From Candidatus Micrarchaeota archaeon (GTDB taxonomy: Archaea; Micrarchaeota; Micrarchaeia; Micrarchaeales; CABMGC01), in assembly GCA_028867435.1 (NCBI GenBank), contig JAGWGI010000005.1:1-60272 (forward strand): a stretch of DNA of 60,272 nucleotides. The letters are read 5' to 3'. Below the pieces are notes generated by a model. The model did not search any database. It worked only from the letters and a program-made list of their open reading frames with translations, and was not told where the DNA came from. Shown in pieces: positions 37,373 to 46,847 of this stretch. Position 1 is the first letter of the stretch; each line of letters begins with the position of its first letter. The translations under genes and the position numbers were made by a program.

Positions 37373-38029
37373 GTTAACTATCTTTGCATAAAGATATGAA
37401 TGTTCCCCGAAATCATCGGAGAAATCCACTACGTTAGAGGCAAACCTGTATCTTGCGAAGCTTGCCCCAGACTTCTTATTTAAAACAGAGTAATAAAAGG
37501 TTTTTCTATCGCCCTCGAAATCGTCAATCAGGTCGAAAGCCCCGAGGATCTGCTTCCCCCTCCACGTGAAAGCGTAGAGGCGTCCTATTGCATCGTGCAT
37601 GACCCCAAACTTTATGGACCCCTTGACCAGGTCCTCCACCCTATTGACTTTTATCACATCCACGTTCTTGATGCTGGAAGGTTTTGCTGGCCTCATCTTC
37701 GAGAAGTCTATGTCAACTATGTCTATGTAGCACACCCCTGACTGCCTCTGCTCGAAAGTGGTTACGAATTCCGTCTTCTCCCCCCTCTCCGGCCCGTAGG
37801 TGTAGCGCAGCGTGTTGGCGTCAGTACCCATCTCCTTGTATATGGCAATGATAGCCTCGTTTATGCCTTCAGCAAGCGCGACCAGCCTGTGCTTGCCGTT
37901 GCTGTTGTCGATCAGGAGCTCCTTTGCCGAAGAGTCGAATCTGCAGGAGAATCTTGCGATGTCCTCCACGTTCACCGCCTCGATGTAAATCAGCTCCTTT
38001 CCGCCCTTCTTGGCGCTTCCCTTCGGCAT
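37340..38029 (-). CDS. hypothetical protein with internal two-fold repeat; paralogue of 24511-25185
   Basis: IYIEAVNVEDIAR / VIKVNRVEDLVK repeats; EHSYLYAKIVNLAEPFPFFKK. Confidence 0.75.
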   Translation of the reverse strand: MPKGSAKKGGKELIYIEAVNVEDIARFSCRFDSSAKELLIDNSNGKHRLVALAEGINEAIIAIYKEMGTDANTLRYTYGPERGEKTEFVTTFEQRQSGVCYIDIVDIDFSKMRPAKPSSIKNVDVIKVNRVEDLVKGSIKFGVMHDAIGRLYAFTWRGKQILGAFDLIDDFEGDRKTFYYSVLNKKSGASFARYRFASNVVDFSDDFGEHSYLYAKIVNLAEPFPFFKK

Positions 38030-38042
38030 TCACTCAACTATC

Positions 38043-38873
38043 CTAAATTGCGCCTATCACGTACTTGACAAGTAGCATAACCGCGTAAGTGGGCTCGTAG
38101 ATTATCGGCGAAAGAGGCACTCCCTGCCCCACTGCGGCAAAGTCATTGAGAAGGCTTGCCTTAGCAACCATGTTTATCTTGTACGATTTTGATATCAGGC
38201 TGCTGCTGGCCGAGGCGACGGTTATGTTGAAAGAGTAAATCCCAGGCTCGTTTACATATACCGGGTATGTGAAAGTGCTGACCGTGGAATGCTGTGCAAT
38301 CACGTCATCAGAGACGTTCCATGCCGGGAGCCCCTGTGCGTTTATAACAAACGGGTCGTCAGAAGCGCCGGTGTTGTTTATCGTAACCTTTAGGCTGTAC
38401 GGTTGACCGACTCCAACACTTATACTCGTTGGGGCAACATTTAAGTTAAAAACATTAGGAGTGACATTTATGAAAGCTGTGAAGGTAAGGTTGCCAAGCC
38501 TGGAATAATTCTGTATGTTCACCGCCTTTACCACAAGCCTGTACGTTCCGTTCGCCGCATCAGAAGGAACCGTTACTTTGAGCTTCATCGGGTTCTCGTA
38601 TAGCGGCGAGCTCTGTGCAGACCAGCCGGAAGGAAGCTGCGTTGCATTTATCGTGTCCCATCCGATGTTGATCGGAACTCCGCTCGCATTTGCCGTAGAT
38701 GCGGAGGCTAGTATGTAGAAACTCTGCCCAGGTCCTACCTTTCCCAGATAAAGGCTGCCCTGCTGGTACAATGTGCCAGTTACCGGCCCTGTGACTTGCA
38801 GGTAAGGGGAAGCGCCTGCGCAGCCTACCAGAAGCAGTGTCGTGAGCGCAGCAAAAACTATTGCAGTCTTCAT
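38043..38873 (-). CDS. secreted or surface protein with Ig-like beta-sandwich domains
   Basis: Signal peptide with LLLVGC; LPSGWSA, VTVPSDAANGTY, VTINNTG; C-terminal hydrophobic tail. Confidence 0.7.
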   Translation of the reverse strand: MKTAIVFAALTTLLLVGCAGASPYLQVTGPVTGTLYQQGSLYLGKVGPGQSFYILASASTANASGVPINIGWDTINATQLPSGWSAQSSPLYENPMKLKVTVPSDAANGTYRLVVKAVNIQNYSRLGNLTFTAFINVTPNVFNLNVAPTSISVGVGQPYSLKVTINNTGASDDPFVINAQGLPAWNVSDDVIAQHSTVSTFTYPVYVNEPGIYSFNITVASASSSLISKSYKINMVAKASLLNDFAAVGQGVPLSPIIYEPTYAVMLLVKYVIGAI

Positions 38874-38928
38874 CGTATCCTTTAACTATATGTGTTCAAA
38901 CTTAAAAATCAGTAGGTTAACAAATTTC

Positions 38929-40120
38929 CTACCCGAGCCGTTTCAAACCCAGCTCCAGCTCGTGAATCACGTCTTCCGCAGATTCCAATCCTACCGAAAG
39001 CCGGAAGAATGTTGGGGAGACTCCAAGGTTCTCCCTCTCTTGCTCGGTGAGTGACCCATGGCTCATTGTAGCGGGGTATGCAAGCAGGGTTTCAGGGCTT
39101 GCAAGGCTCTCCCCGTATGCTATCACTTTGTTTCTTTGCGCTGCCTTTACAAAATCCCGCAGTGAGCTCCTATATTCTGGATTTATCTCGAAAGATACCA
39201 CAGCTCCAAACCCGTTCTTTAGCTGCCTTTTCGCAATCTTGTGGGTCGGGTGTGAATCAAGTCCTGGGTATAAGACTTTTTTTATTTTGCCATGGCTGGA
39301 AAGGTACCCGGCAACCTTTAGCGCGCTTCTGCTCATGGCCTCCCATCTTATTGCGAGTGTCTTAGACCCTTGAATCGCCCTATAGCACTCGTCAGGCGAG
39401 AGAATCGCCCCAACGGCGCGCTGCAGAAATTTAAGGTCATCATCAAGCTTCTTATTTTTTGTAGCGACGACCCCCCCCAATCACATCGTTATGCCCTGCT
39501 ACGTATTTGCTTATGCTGTGCACCACTGCCTCAGCGCCGTATTCATACGCCCTGATGGAGCACGGAGGAGTGAATGTCATGTCGGCCACATACGGCACCC
39601 CGGTCTTTTGCGATACCTCATTTACCAAGGAAAGGTCGATTGCATTTAGCGAGGGATTTGTCAGGCTTTCGATAAACAGATATCTAGTGCGCCTGTCAAT
39701 ACTTTTCATTATATCCCTCTCTGTTTTGTACTCCGAAGTTGAAAAACTAATTCCAAAATTGCCCATCACCTGCTTGAGCAGCCTGCTCGTGCCTCCGTAA
39801 ACCTCAGTAGGTATCACTACATTGTCCCCAGGCCTCAGTGTCATGAAAAGCATTGTTTCTGCAGCAAGGCCAGAGCTGTAAACAGTTGCCCAGCCTCCGC
39901 CCTCAAGTGCCGCAAGCTTCTCCTCCAATATTGACCTGGTCGGATTCTGTCCACGAGAGTACTGCCACTTTGACCTCTCCCCGAACTCTGGTTGCCTGTA
40001 AGTTTTTGTCCTAACCAAAGGTGGGGCTATGGCACCGGTAATCCTGTCCAGCGCTTCCCCCGCGTGTATCAGGGCAGTCTCTATACTCTTGTATGCTTTT
40101 CCCATGCCTACTGGTGGCAT
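38929..40120 (-). pseudogene. cystathionine gamma-synthase/lyase (Cys/Met PLP family), frameshifted in a G8 run
   Basis: YSRGQNPTR, SSGLAA, VYGGT, ESLTNP, HSISKYVAGHNDVIGG | GVVAT...YPGL, ESLA, TMSHG, RLSVGLE; C8 at 39471-39478 has one base too many. Confidence 0.85.
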
Positions 40121-40176
40121 GGCACTCTTTATAATAATTGCTGCTTAAAATATTCCTATAAGAATAGTTGAATCGG

Positions 40177-40695
40177 ATGTTCCCGGAACTCAATACAATA
40201 TCATTAAGGCGGAAAAAACTCGGCATAACCCAAAGTGCGCTTGCCAGGTCAATCAACATGAGCCAGTCCATGCTTACGAAAATAGAGCGGGAAAAAGCGA
40301 TGCCGAGCTACAAGGCGGCAGTCGAGATATTCGACAGGCTCGAAGAACTTGAGCACCAAGAGGAGAAGGCGGCGAAGGATGTGATGAGGCGAAAAGTGAT
40401 CGCCCTTAGCAGCAGCGACAGGGTCGAGAAGGTTGCGAAGATCGCAAAAGAAAACGGCGTGTCCCAATTTCCGGTGATGGATAAAAAAGGGATTGTCGGG
40501 GGCATCAGAACTTCCGCACTCATAGGGGCTCCCAAAAACCAGCCAATCGGCTCGAGCGTAGGCGCGCCATTCCCAACAGTGAATGAAACCGCTCCGCTCA
40601 GCGTAGTGAAGAACCTGTTGAAATACGATCAGGCCGTCATAGTGGTGGGCAGGGAGGGAATAGTGGGCATAATAACCGCAGAAGATCTGATATGA
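40177..40695 (+). CDS. XRE-HTH + CBS-pair transcriptional regulator
   Basis: RRKKLGITQSALARSINMSQSMLTKIE; SQFPVMD...VG; VGIITAEDLI. Confidence 0.9.
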   Translation: MFPELNTISLRRKKLGITQSALARSINMSQSMLTKIEREKAMPSYKAAVEIFDRLEELEHQEEKAAKDVMRRKVIALSSSDRVEKVAKIAKENGVSQFPVMDKKGIVGGIRTSALIGAPKNQPIGSSVGAPFPTVNETAPLSVVKNLLKYDQAVIVVGREGIVGIITAEDLI

Positions 40696-41277
40696 TTACT
40701 TTTTGATTGCCCGTATCTTCGCAAGCAGCCTATTCATGTCTTTTGAGAGCTTCATGAAAGTTTCGGTGTTGCAGACCAGGTAGTCTGCCGTGTCTATCAA
40801 GCCTATTACACCCTCAGACTTCTTGCCGTTTTTGGCGTACCCTATCATCTCCTGCTTCTCCCTCTCCTCGAACTTTGCGAATGAATGTGGGTCGTTGGGC
40901 CATCCTCTCTCAACAAGCCTCTCGTACCTAAGCTTAACTGGCGCAACAACTGCGACCATGTAGATACTTCCCTCAAAACGCTTCCTGAAAAACTCCATTT
41001 CCTGTATGCTCCTTATCCCTATTATCGCGATGCCCTTGCTCCTGTGCATCTTAACTATGTTCTGCATCGTGTACTTCGCTACGATGTTCTTTCCATACTT
41101 CTTCCTCACGGAGATGGCGTATTTCTTCACCGTGTCGGGCGTTATCTTCATGCCTTTCTGCTTCATCCTCCCTATGACCGCATCTCGCATCTCGACTTGC
41201 TGGAAGCCCCTTTTCCTGAGCAGCTTTGCCACCGTGCTCTTCCCAGATCCCGGCAACCCAGTAACGCATATTATCAT
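40696..41277 (-). CDS. P-loop kinase, dephospho-CoA kinase-like
   Basis: ICVTGLPGSGKSTVA, GIRS..E, RYERLVERG, ADYLVCN. Confidence 0.8.
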   Translation of the reverse strand: MIICVTGLPGSGKSTVAKLLRKRGFQQVEMRDAVIGRMKQKGMKITPDTVKKYAISVRKKYGKNIVAKYTMQNIVKMHRSKGIAIIGIRSIQEMEFFRKRFEGSIYMVAVVAPVKLRYERLVERGWPNDPHSFAKFEEREKQEMIGYAKNGKKSEGVIGLIDTADYLVCNTETFMKLSKDMNRLLAKIRAIKK

Positions 41278-41287
41278 ATTATCACAA

Positions 41288-41617
41288 TCATCTAACCAGG
41301 CTCCCTATTCTGATCTCTTTATCCACGGTGAGCAGGCAGACTGTGCTCTCGTCCTCCGCTGCAAGCATCATACCATGGGACTGCACCCCTGCAATCTCCT
41401 TGGGCTCAAGGTTTGCCACGCAGATAACTTTCTTTCCCAAGAGCTCCTCTCTTGAGTAATAGTTCTTTATCCCAGCCACCACAGTTCTCTGTCCTATTTC
41501 CCCAAGGTCAAGGGTCACCTTGTACATCGGCTTGCGGGCCATCTCGTGCTCCTCCACGCCAACTATCATTGCAACGCGAAGCTCAAGCTCCTTGAATGCA
41601 TCTATCCCAACCACCAA
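41288..41617 (-). CDS. stand-alone tRNA-binding OB protein (Trbp111/CsaA/MetRS C-terminal-like)
   Basis: LELRVA, DLGEIGQRTVVAGI, NLEPKEIAGVQSHGMMLAA. Confidence 0.92.
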   Translation of the reverse strand: MVVGIDAFKELELRVAMIVGVEEHEMARKPMYKVTLDLGEIGQRTVVAGIKNYYSREELLGKKVICVANLEPKEIAGVQSHGMMLAAEDESTVCLLTVDKEIRIGSLVR

Positions 41618-41659
41618 ATCACCTATTAAATATGATGCACTAATTTTTAATGGTATTCA

Positions 41660-42196
41660 ATGCGCACATTTATCGCCATAGACCTTCCAAGCCATCTCAG
41701 GCAGAGCATTGCCGAAGTATCGCAAGAGCTGGAGGGCAGGGGCGTAGCGCTGGTCGGCGAGGAGGTGATGCACCTATCTCTGCATTTTCTGGGAGATCTA
41801 AGCGAGAAGCAGATCGAAGAGGTCAGGGAGGCTCTCGGTCAGATCAAGCCGGCTAGTTTTGACGTTGAGGTTGCAGGGCTCTGGTTCTTTACCCCGACGT
41901 TTTTGAAGGTGGTTTATGCAAAGCTCTCAAAGGGCGAGGCACAGTGCACCGAGATCTACAACCAGCTTGGCAATTCACTGCTTGAGATCGGGGTCATAGA
42001 GGAAAAGGAATACAGGCCCCACATAACACTGGCCAGGGTAAACCGCGGCGCGGATAACAGGAAGATCCTGCAGGTCGTGGAAAAGTACCGCAGCCATTTT
42101 TTCGGGAGCTTCACTGTAAACTCGATAAAGCTCAAGGCTAGCGAGCTCACAGAAAAAGGGCCGATATACACCGACCTATACGAAGTTCAGTTTTGA
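41660..42196 (+). CDS. thpR: RNA 2',3'-cyclic phosphodiesterase / 2'-5' RNA ligase (2H family)
   Basis: MRTFIAIDL, HLSLHFLG, YRPHITLARV, SELTEKGPIY. Confidence 0.93.
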   Translation: MRTFIAIDLPSHLRQSIAEVSQELEGRGVALVGEEVMHLSLHFLGDLSEKQIEEVREALGQIKPASFDVEVAGLWFFTPTFLKVVYAKLSKGEAQCTEIYNQLGNSLLEIGVIEEKEYRPHITLARVNRGADNRKILQVVEKYRSHFFGSFTVNSIKLKASELTEKGPIYTDLYEVQF

Positions 42197-42784
42197 GATG
42201 GTGGCCTTGTACTCCTCCAGCTTGATGGCATTTACTAGTTCTCCTGCTTTGTACGCCCTGTCCAGCATCAATATGTCGTAGCAGGTGCCAGTTCTAAGAT
42301 CAAATGCGACGTTCCTTGAAAGGGCACCGAAGAAATCAACTTCAATGAGTTTTGCCTTGCAGAGCCTGCGCACCTGATCCACTGCCGCTACGAGCGAAGA
42401 ATCCCCACTTTGCATCCCTATTGCTCGCATCTCAAGGTTCGCTTTGCCAAAAGATGTAATCTTCTTACCCAGCAGTTCAAGCTCGCTTTTGTCTAACACC
42501 TTTCCTATCCTCATTGCAATACCGCTCATGGAGTTAACGTCAAATATTGTCAGCATAATCTCGTAGCTCAGTCCGATGGCAATTAGGTACCTGTTTTTAG
42601 CCTCTGCGAACTTTGCCATTGCAGCCTGGTTGATTTTGATCTCTGTTCCCTTGCCCTTCACCATTGAGAGCGACGTGTGCGGCCTGTTTAGGGCTATCAC
42701 CGAGCTCTTTGAGCTTAGCACTAACCGCTCGGAGCCGAACCCGCCTTTTGCCCTCTCAGTGCCAAGCACATCCCAAAAGTCCAT
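42176..42784 (-). CDS. hypothetical protein with a CheD-like pattern lacking the catalytic Cys/His
   Basis: IGLSYEIMLTIFD...GIAMRI, LEMRAIG, IEVDFFGALSRNVAFDLRTG. Confidence 0.55.
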   Translation of the reverse strand: MDFWDVLGTERAKGGFGSERLVLSSKSSVIALNRPHTSLSMVKGKGTEIKINQAAMAKFAEAKNRYLIAIGLSYEIMLTIFDVNSMSGIAMRIGKVLDKSELELLGKKITSFGKANLEMRAIGMQSGDSSLVAAVDQVRRLCKAKLIEVDFFGALSRNVAFDLRTGTCYDILMLDRAYKAGELVNAIKLEEYKATISKLNFV

Positions 42785-42858
42785 TCTAACTCATAAAACA
42801 CTCTCAGGCTATTTATTTATAGATTTGTAGGATAAATGATTGCTGTAAGGTGTTACGT

Positions 42859-42972
42859 TTGGGAAGTATTCCTAGGAAATGGAAGAAGAAAGGCAGGATG
42901 CGCTGGAAATGGGTAAAGAAAAGGAGGAAAAGGATCAAGAGGGCGCAGAAGAGAAGGGTAGGAGAACTCTGA
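42859..42972 (+). CDS. rpl41e: ribosomal protein eL41 (L41e), below the ORF-track cutoff
   Basis: TTG start after AAGGTG; [37 protein letters not shown]. Confidence 0.92.
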   Translation: MGSIPRKWKKKGRMRWKWVKKRRKRIKRAQKRRVGEL

Positions 42973-43572
42973 TTACGCAACAGAGCGTACCTTGTATCTG
43001 CCTCGCTCTTCTATACCGTCCAATTTTGCGAGTATCCCTCTCGCATTCTTTGAATGCCTAGCGTAGCTTCTAGCAAAGGCAGCATAGCATCTAGGGTCAA
43101 CTGAGCGTTTCATTAGCAGCAGGTCTATTGCCTTTTCCTCAACGCCTTTTGTGATCTCCGAGAGCCCGAAGTCTATTATGAAGAACCTTTTCCCAACCTT
43201 CATTATATTTGCAGGCGTGAAATCTCCGTGGGCTATCCCACTCTCGTGCAGTATTGCAAGCTCCCTTCCAACCTCCCCGAACTGGCCCGGCCTCTGATCA
43301 ATGTCGCGGAGCAGTTTTCCTTCAAGTCTCTCCATGTATACGCAAAATCTTCCAATCGCCAAAAGCCTGGGAACATTTAGTTCCAGCCTTCCAGCCTCGT
43401 AGAGCACGTGCGCCTCGTTTCTTGTCCTGCTCTCCCTTAGAGCAATGTCTATCGGCTCTATCCTGTAGCTCTTCTTCACCCTCTCCTTTATGATCGCATC
43501 AAAACCAAGGAGCCTTGCCGAATATACCTTGGCTTCAGCGCCCTCCCTAATAAACTTGTATCTTCCAGCTAT
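42973..43572 (-). CDS. bud32: KEOPS kinase Bud32, probable non-canonical ATA start
   Basis: Frame extends upstream of the listed ORF through KFIREGAEAKVY; RTRNEA, IAHGDFTPANIM, IDFGLS, IEERGRY. Confidence 0.92.
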   Translation of the reverse strand: MAGRYKFIREGAEAKVYSARLLGFDAIIKERVKKSYRIEPIDIALRESRTRNEAHVLYEAGRLELNVPRLLAIGRFCVYMERLEGKLLRDIDQRPGQFGEVGRELAILHESGIAHGDFTPANIMKVGKRFFIIDFGLSEITKGVEEKAIDLLLMKRSVDPRCYAAFARSYARHSKNARGILAKLDGIEERGRYKVRSVA

Positions 43573-44540
43573 GCAATCACCGCATCTTCTATCCTGTATC
43601 TTTGTTCAATCCCGCATTCACTAAGTTTGCTCTCCATTCCCCTCTTTAGCATCTTCTCGGCCACAAACGCGATCATCGCACCGTTGTCTGCGTTGAACTG
43701 GTCAGGCGCATAGCCGAACCTCACTTTGTGCTCCTTTGCGAGCAAGCCGAGCATCTGCCTTAGCCTATTGCTCTGCGCGACCCCGCCGCACACACACAGC
43801 TCTCTGCTTCTCGTTAGAAGCATGGCGCGCTCGGTTGCCTCACAGAGCATCGAAAACGCAGTTTCTTGAACAGAGAAACATAAATCCTCGACACTTTCTC
43901 TCTCCTTCATCTTGGCGGCGCTTGTGGCAATTCCAGTGAATGAGAAGTCCATTCCCTTCACCTTGTACGGCAGCTTCACGTACCTTCCACCCTCTGCAAG
44001 CCTGGCAACAGTCGAGCCCCAGGCAGGGTTGAGGCCAATCTCCCGGGCAAAGCTGTCTAGCATGTTCCCAACCCCGATGTCAAAAGTTTCGCCAAGTACC
44101 GAGTAATGCAGAAACTTTTCGTTCTTCTTGAGTATCTGCGAATTACCCCCGCTCACATAGAGCACCAGCGGGTCTTGCATCTTTGCGAACTTTTTTGTTA
44201 TCTCAACGTGCGCCATTGCATGGTTGACCTGAGCTATAGCGACCCCCAGCCTTTTTGCTATAGTCTTGGCCGTGAGTTCACCCACCTGCAGGCATGGCCC
44301 AAGTCCTGGGCCCCGGGTATATCCAACTCCCTGTATCTCGCGCATCTTAATTCCGGCGAGTTCTAGCGCGTCTGATACCACTCCAGCAGCGTTAACCGCA
44401 TGCGTCTCAGCCACTTCTGCGGGTATGAGCCCCTTGTTTTCTATCTTGAACATCGCCTTGGGATTGGCAAGAATCTTCCCATTCCTGACTATCCCTACCC
44501 CAAAAGTATGCGCGCTGCTCTCAATCCCAAGCACAAGCAT
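43569..44540 (-). CDS. kae1: KEOPS t6A synthase Kae1
   Basis: MLVLGIESSAHTFGVG, GPGLGPCL, VNHAMAHVE, LYVSGGNSQ, GETFDIGVGN, GGVA, DNGAMIA. Confidence 0.97.
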   Translation of the reverse strand: MLVLGIESSAHTFGVGIVRNGKILANPKAMFKIENKGLIPAEVAETHAVNAAGVVSDALELAGIKMREIQGVGYTRGPGLGPCLQVGELTAKTIAKRLGVAIAQVNHAMAHVEITKKFAKMQDPLVLYVSGGNSQILKKNEKFLHYSVLGETFDIGVGNMLDSFAREIGLNPAWGSTVARLAEGGRYVKLPYKVKGMDFSFTGIATSAAKMKERESVEDLCFSVQETAFSMLCEATERAMLLTRSRELCVCGGVAQSNRLRQMLGLLAKEHKVRFGYAPDQFNADNGAMIAFVAEKMLKRGMESKLSECGIEQRYRIEDAVIA

Positions 44541-44635
44541 CCAATCATATGCTATTCTCTGGGCAAACTTAAAAAGACAAAACCATGGCCAATGTTTATA
44601 AAACAGGCAAGAGCATCCCCCCTGATTGGGATTGT

Positions 44636-45370
44636 ATGAGGAACAAGAACTTTGCCAGAAATATGGTTGAATCCGCAAAGGAGAGCAAGTCAAGGCTTAT
44701 TTTTGCCGCAGACGTTGACAACGCAGCTGATGCGAAAGCAATACTAAAAAATCACGGCCCTAATTTGGCAGCAGTTAAACTGCACGATGCATACATAAGC
44801 GGATGGAACATGAGCCCATCAGAAGCCGTTTCCATGATCAAGGACACGAAAGATATTAACCCAAAGATTCAGGTAATAATAGATGCCAAGCTTGCCGACA
44901 TAGACAAATCAAATGCGAAGAAGGCCGAATACTACTTCAGCCAGGGCTTTGATGCAATAATCAGCCACGGATTCCAGGGCGCACCTGCGGTGAAAGCTGC
45001 GGTTGACGTGGCCGACAAGTCTGGCAAGGGCGTACTGTTGCTCATGTCAATGACCACGCCTGAAAATCTTTTCACGCTCGAGATAACTGCGGCCTTGTCA
45101 TACATGGCAAAGAGCCTTGATGTGGACGGCGTAGTCTCCCCAGGAAACAAGCCAGATATCACAAGCCTAGTGCGCGAAGATCTAGGCAAAAATACCCTCA
45201 TATTCTCTCCGGGAATAGGGGTTCAGGGCGGAGGGGTAGAATCAGCAGTCAAGGCTGGAACAGACTTTGCGATAATAGGCAGAAGCATCTTTGATAGCCA
45301 GTCTCCGTCGCAGGCGATAAGCGACTTCAACATGCGCCTCAACCAGGCGCTAAGAGACAGGGATTCATGA
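44636..45370 (+). CDS. pyrF: orotidine-5'-phosphate decarboxylase
   Basis: LIFAADV, IDAKLADI, SPGIGVQGG, IIGRSI; start uncertain. Confidence 0.92.
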   Translation: MRNKNFARNMVESAKESKSRLIFAADVDNAADAKAILKNHGPNLAAVKLHDAYISGWNMSPSEAVSMIKDTKDINPKIQVIIDAKLADIDKSNAKKAEYYFSQGFDAIISHGFQGAPAVKAAVDVADKSGKGVLLLMSMTTPENLFTLEITAALSYMAKSLDVDGVVSPGNKPDITSLVREDLGKNTLIFSPGIGVQGGGVESAVKAGTDFAIIGRSIFDSQSPSQAISDFNMRLNQALRDRDS

Positions 45371-46179
45371 GTGATCTGATGAGCAACACGCAGAAAAGCC
45401 TAGACAAACTCGGAAAGGAGATAGTCGAGATGCTCTACGAAAAGAAGATGATAATGACATGGTACAGGGACAAGCCTGAAGGGTGGAAACTTGCCAACGG
45501 AATGTACAGCCCATACTACATAAACATGAGGGTGGTTCCAAGCTTCCCAGAGCTATACTACAAGGTTCAGGATGCGATGTGCGAACTTGTCGTAAATGCA
45601 GGCTACAGGCCTAAAGAGAGATCTCCGCAAGACAAGCTTCTCGGTCTTGCCATGGCAGGGATCTCGCTCTCTAATGCAATAACACTGGGCACACGCATTC
45701 CATCATTATATACCAGAAAGCTTTCAGACGAGATAAAAACAAAGGAAGATCTAAACCGCCATCTCGAAGCCGTGTGGAGCGGCATAAGCTCTCACGGGCA
45801 GCACAAGCTTATCGAGGGCGAACTCACAGATGGCGACAGGATCGGTATAGTCGACGATCTGGTTACCAGCTTCACAAGTAAGGAACTTGGAATAAGGCAA
45901 CTGCAAATCGAGGCCCAGAACAGGAACGTCAAAGTGATTGTAGAAGACATCTTCGTTCTGCTCAACAGGGAGCAGGGTGCGGATGCGATTGCCGCAAAAC
46001 TGGGTTATACGATACACTCAGTGATCCCATTTATCTCAAAAGGGCTCGAGTGGCTCAAGGGCCCGCTGGAGCAGAACGAGTACAACACAATAATCGACTA
46101 CGTCAGGCATCCTGATTCATTCCAAAGCGAGCTAATGCAGCAGAGCCTCGTGGCAGTCGCAAAGAACAGAAGGCAGTGA
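45367..46179 (+). CDS. pyrE: orotate phosphoribosyltransferase (divergent)
   Basis: WKLANGMYSPYYINMR, YTRK, HGQHKLIEG, IVDDLVTS, NREQG; overlaps pyrF by ATGA. Confidence 0.82.
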   Translation: MSDLMSNTQKSLDKLGKEIVEMLYEKKMIMTWYRDKPEGWKLANGMYSPYYINMRVVPSFPELYYKVQDAMCELVVNAGYRPKERSPQDKLLGLAMAGISLSNAITLGTRIPSLYTRKLSDEIKTKEDLNRHLEAVWSGISSHGQHKLIEGELTDGDRIGIVDDLVTSFTSKELGIRQLQIEAQNRNVKVIVEDIFVLLNREQGADAIAAKLGYTIHSVIPFISKGLEWLKGPLEQNEYNTIIDYVRHPDSFQSELMQQSLVAVAKNRRQ

Positions 46180-46183
46180 GCAA

Positions 46184-46837
46184 ATGGTCAAAATAGGAGA
46201 AAAGGTTCCCGATCTGAAGGTCTCTGAATGGGTAGGCACTCCTACAAAAATCAGCGAGCAGAAAGGCAAGGCGGTGCTGGTTGCAGTCTTCCAGGTGAAC
46301 TGCCCTCTGGCTGTCGCGCACCTGATCCCAGGGGCAATAGTAGCTTACAACAAATTCTCAAGGAACAATCTTACAGTTCTCGGGCTAGCCACCTCATTTG
46401 AGGATTTCGACAAGAACACTCCCAAGAACCTAAGGCGCCTGATCGAAAAAGGGGAGACGATAGGGGACACGTATAGCTACATGTCCACACACGATATGCT
46501 ATCAAACGGTTTATTCAAGCAGAAGATAGAGTTTCCGGTCGCAATAGACAGCGTCATAAAACCAATAGAGCTTACCAACAAGATGATAATAGATGCAATC
46601 AACAGCTGCGGCCTGAGGGAAAACTATACCGAATCAGACATTGCTAACGATAAGCAGATATTTGATGCGGTGAAGAGTCTGCTTCAGGACAAGGGCTATC
46701 CAGAGTCGTTCTACGGGATTGGATTCCAGGGCACGCCCTCATACATGCTACTTGACAAGCAGGGCTTTTTGCGCTACAAAGAGTTCTCTTCGGGCGAGGA
46801 CATAGATGAAAAAATAAAGGAGCTGCTAAAAGAATAA
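46184..46837 (+). CDS. TlpA/peroxiredoxin-like thioredoxin-fold protein (CxxA)
   Basis: IGEKVPDL, FQVNCPLA, LATSFEDFDKNT, QGTPSYMLLDKQG. Confidence 0.8.
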   Translation: MVKIGEKVPDLKVSEWVGTPTKISEQKGKAVLVAVFQVNCPLAVAHLIPGAIVAYNKFSRNNLTVLGLATSFEDFDKNTPKNLRRLIEKGETIGDTYSYMSTHDMLSNGLFKQKIEFPVAIDSVIKPIELTNKMIIDAINSCGLRENYTESDIANDKQIFDAVKSLLQDKGYPESFYGIGFQGTPSYMLLDKQGFLRYKEFSSGEDIDEKIKELLKE

Positions 46838-46847
46838 AAGTGATACA

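Noticed and set aside
42879-43061. 60-aa acidic ORF from the track
   Set aside because: Out-of-frame shadow of eL41 that also overlaps bud32
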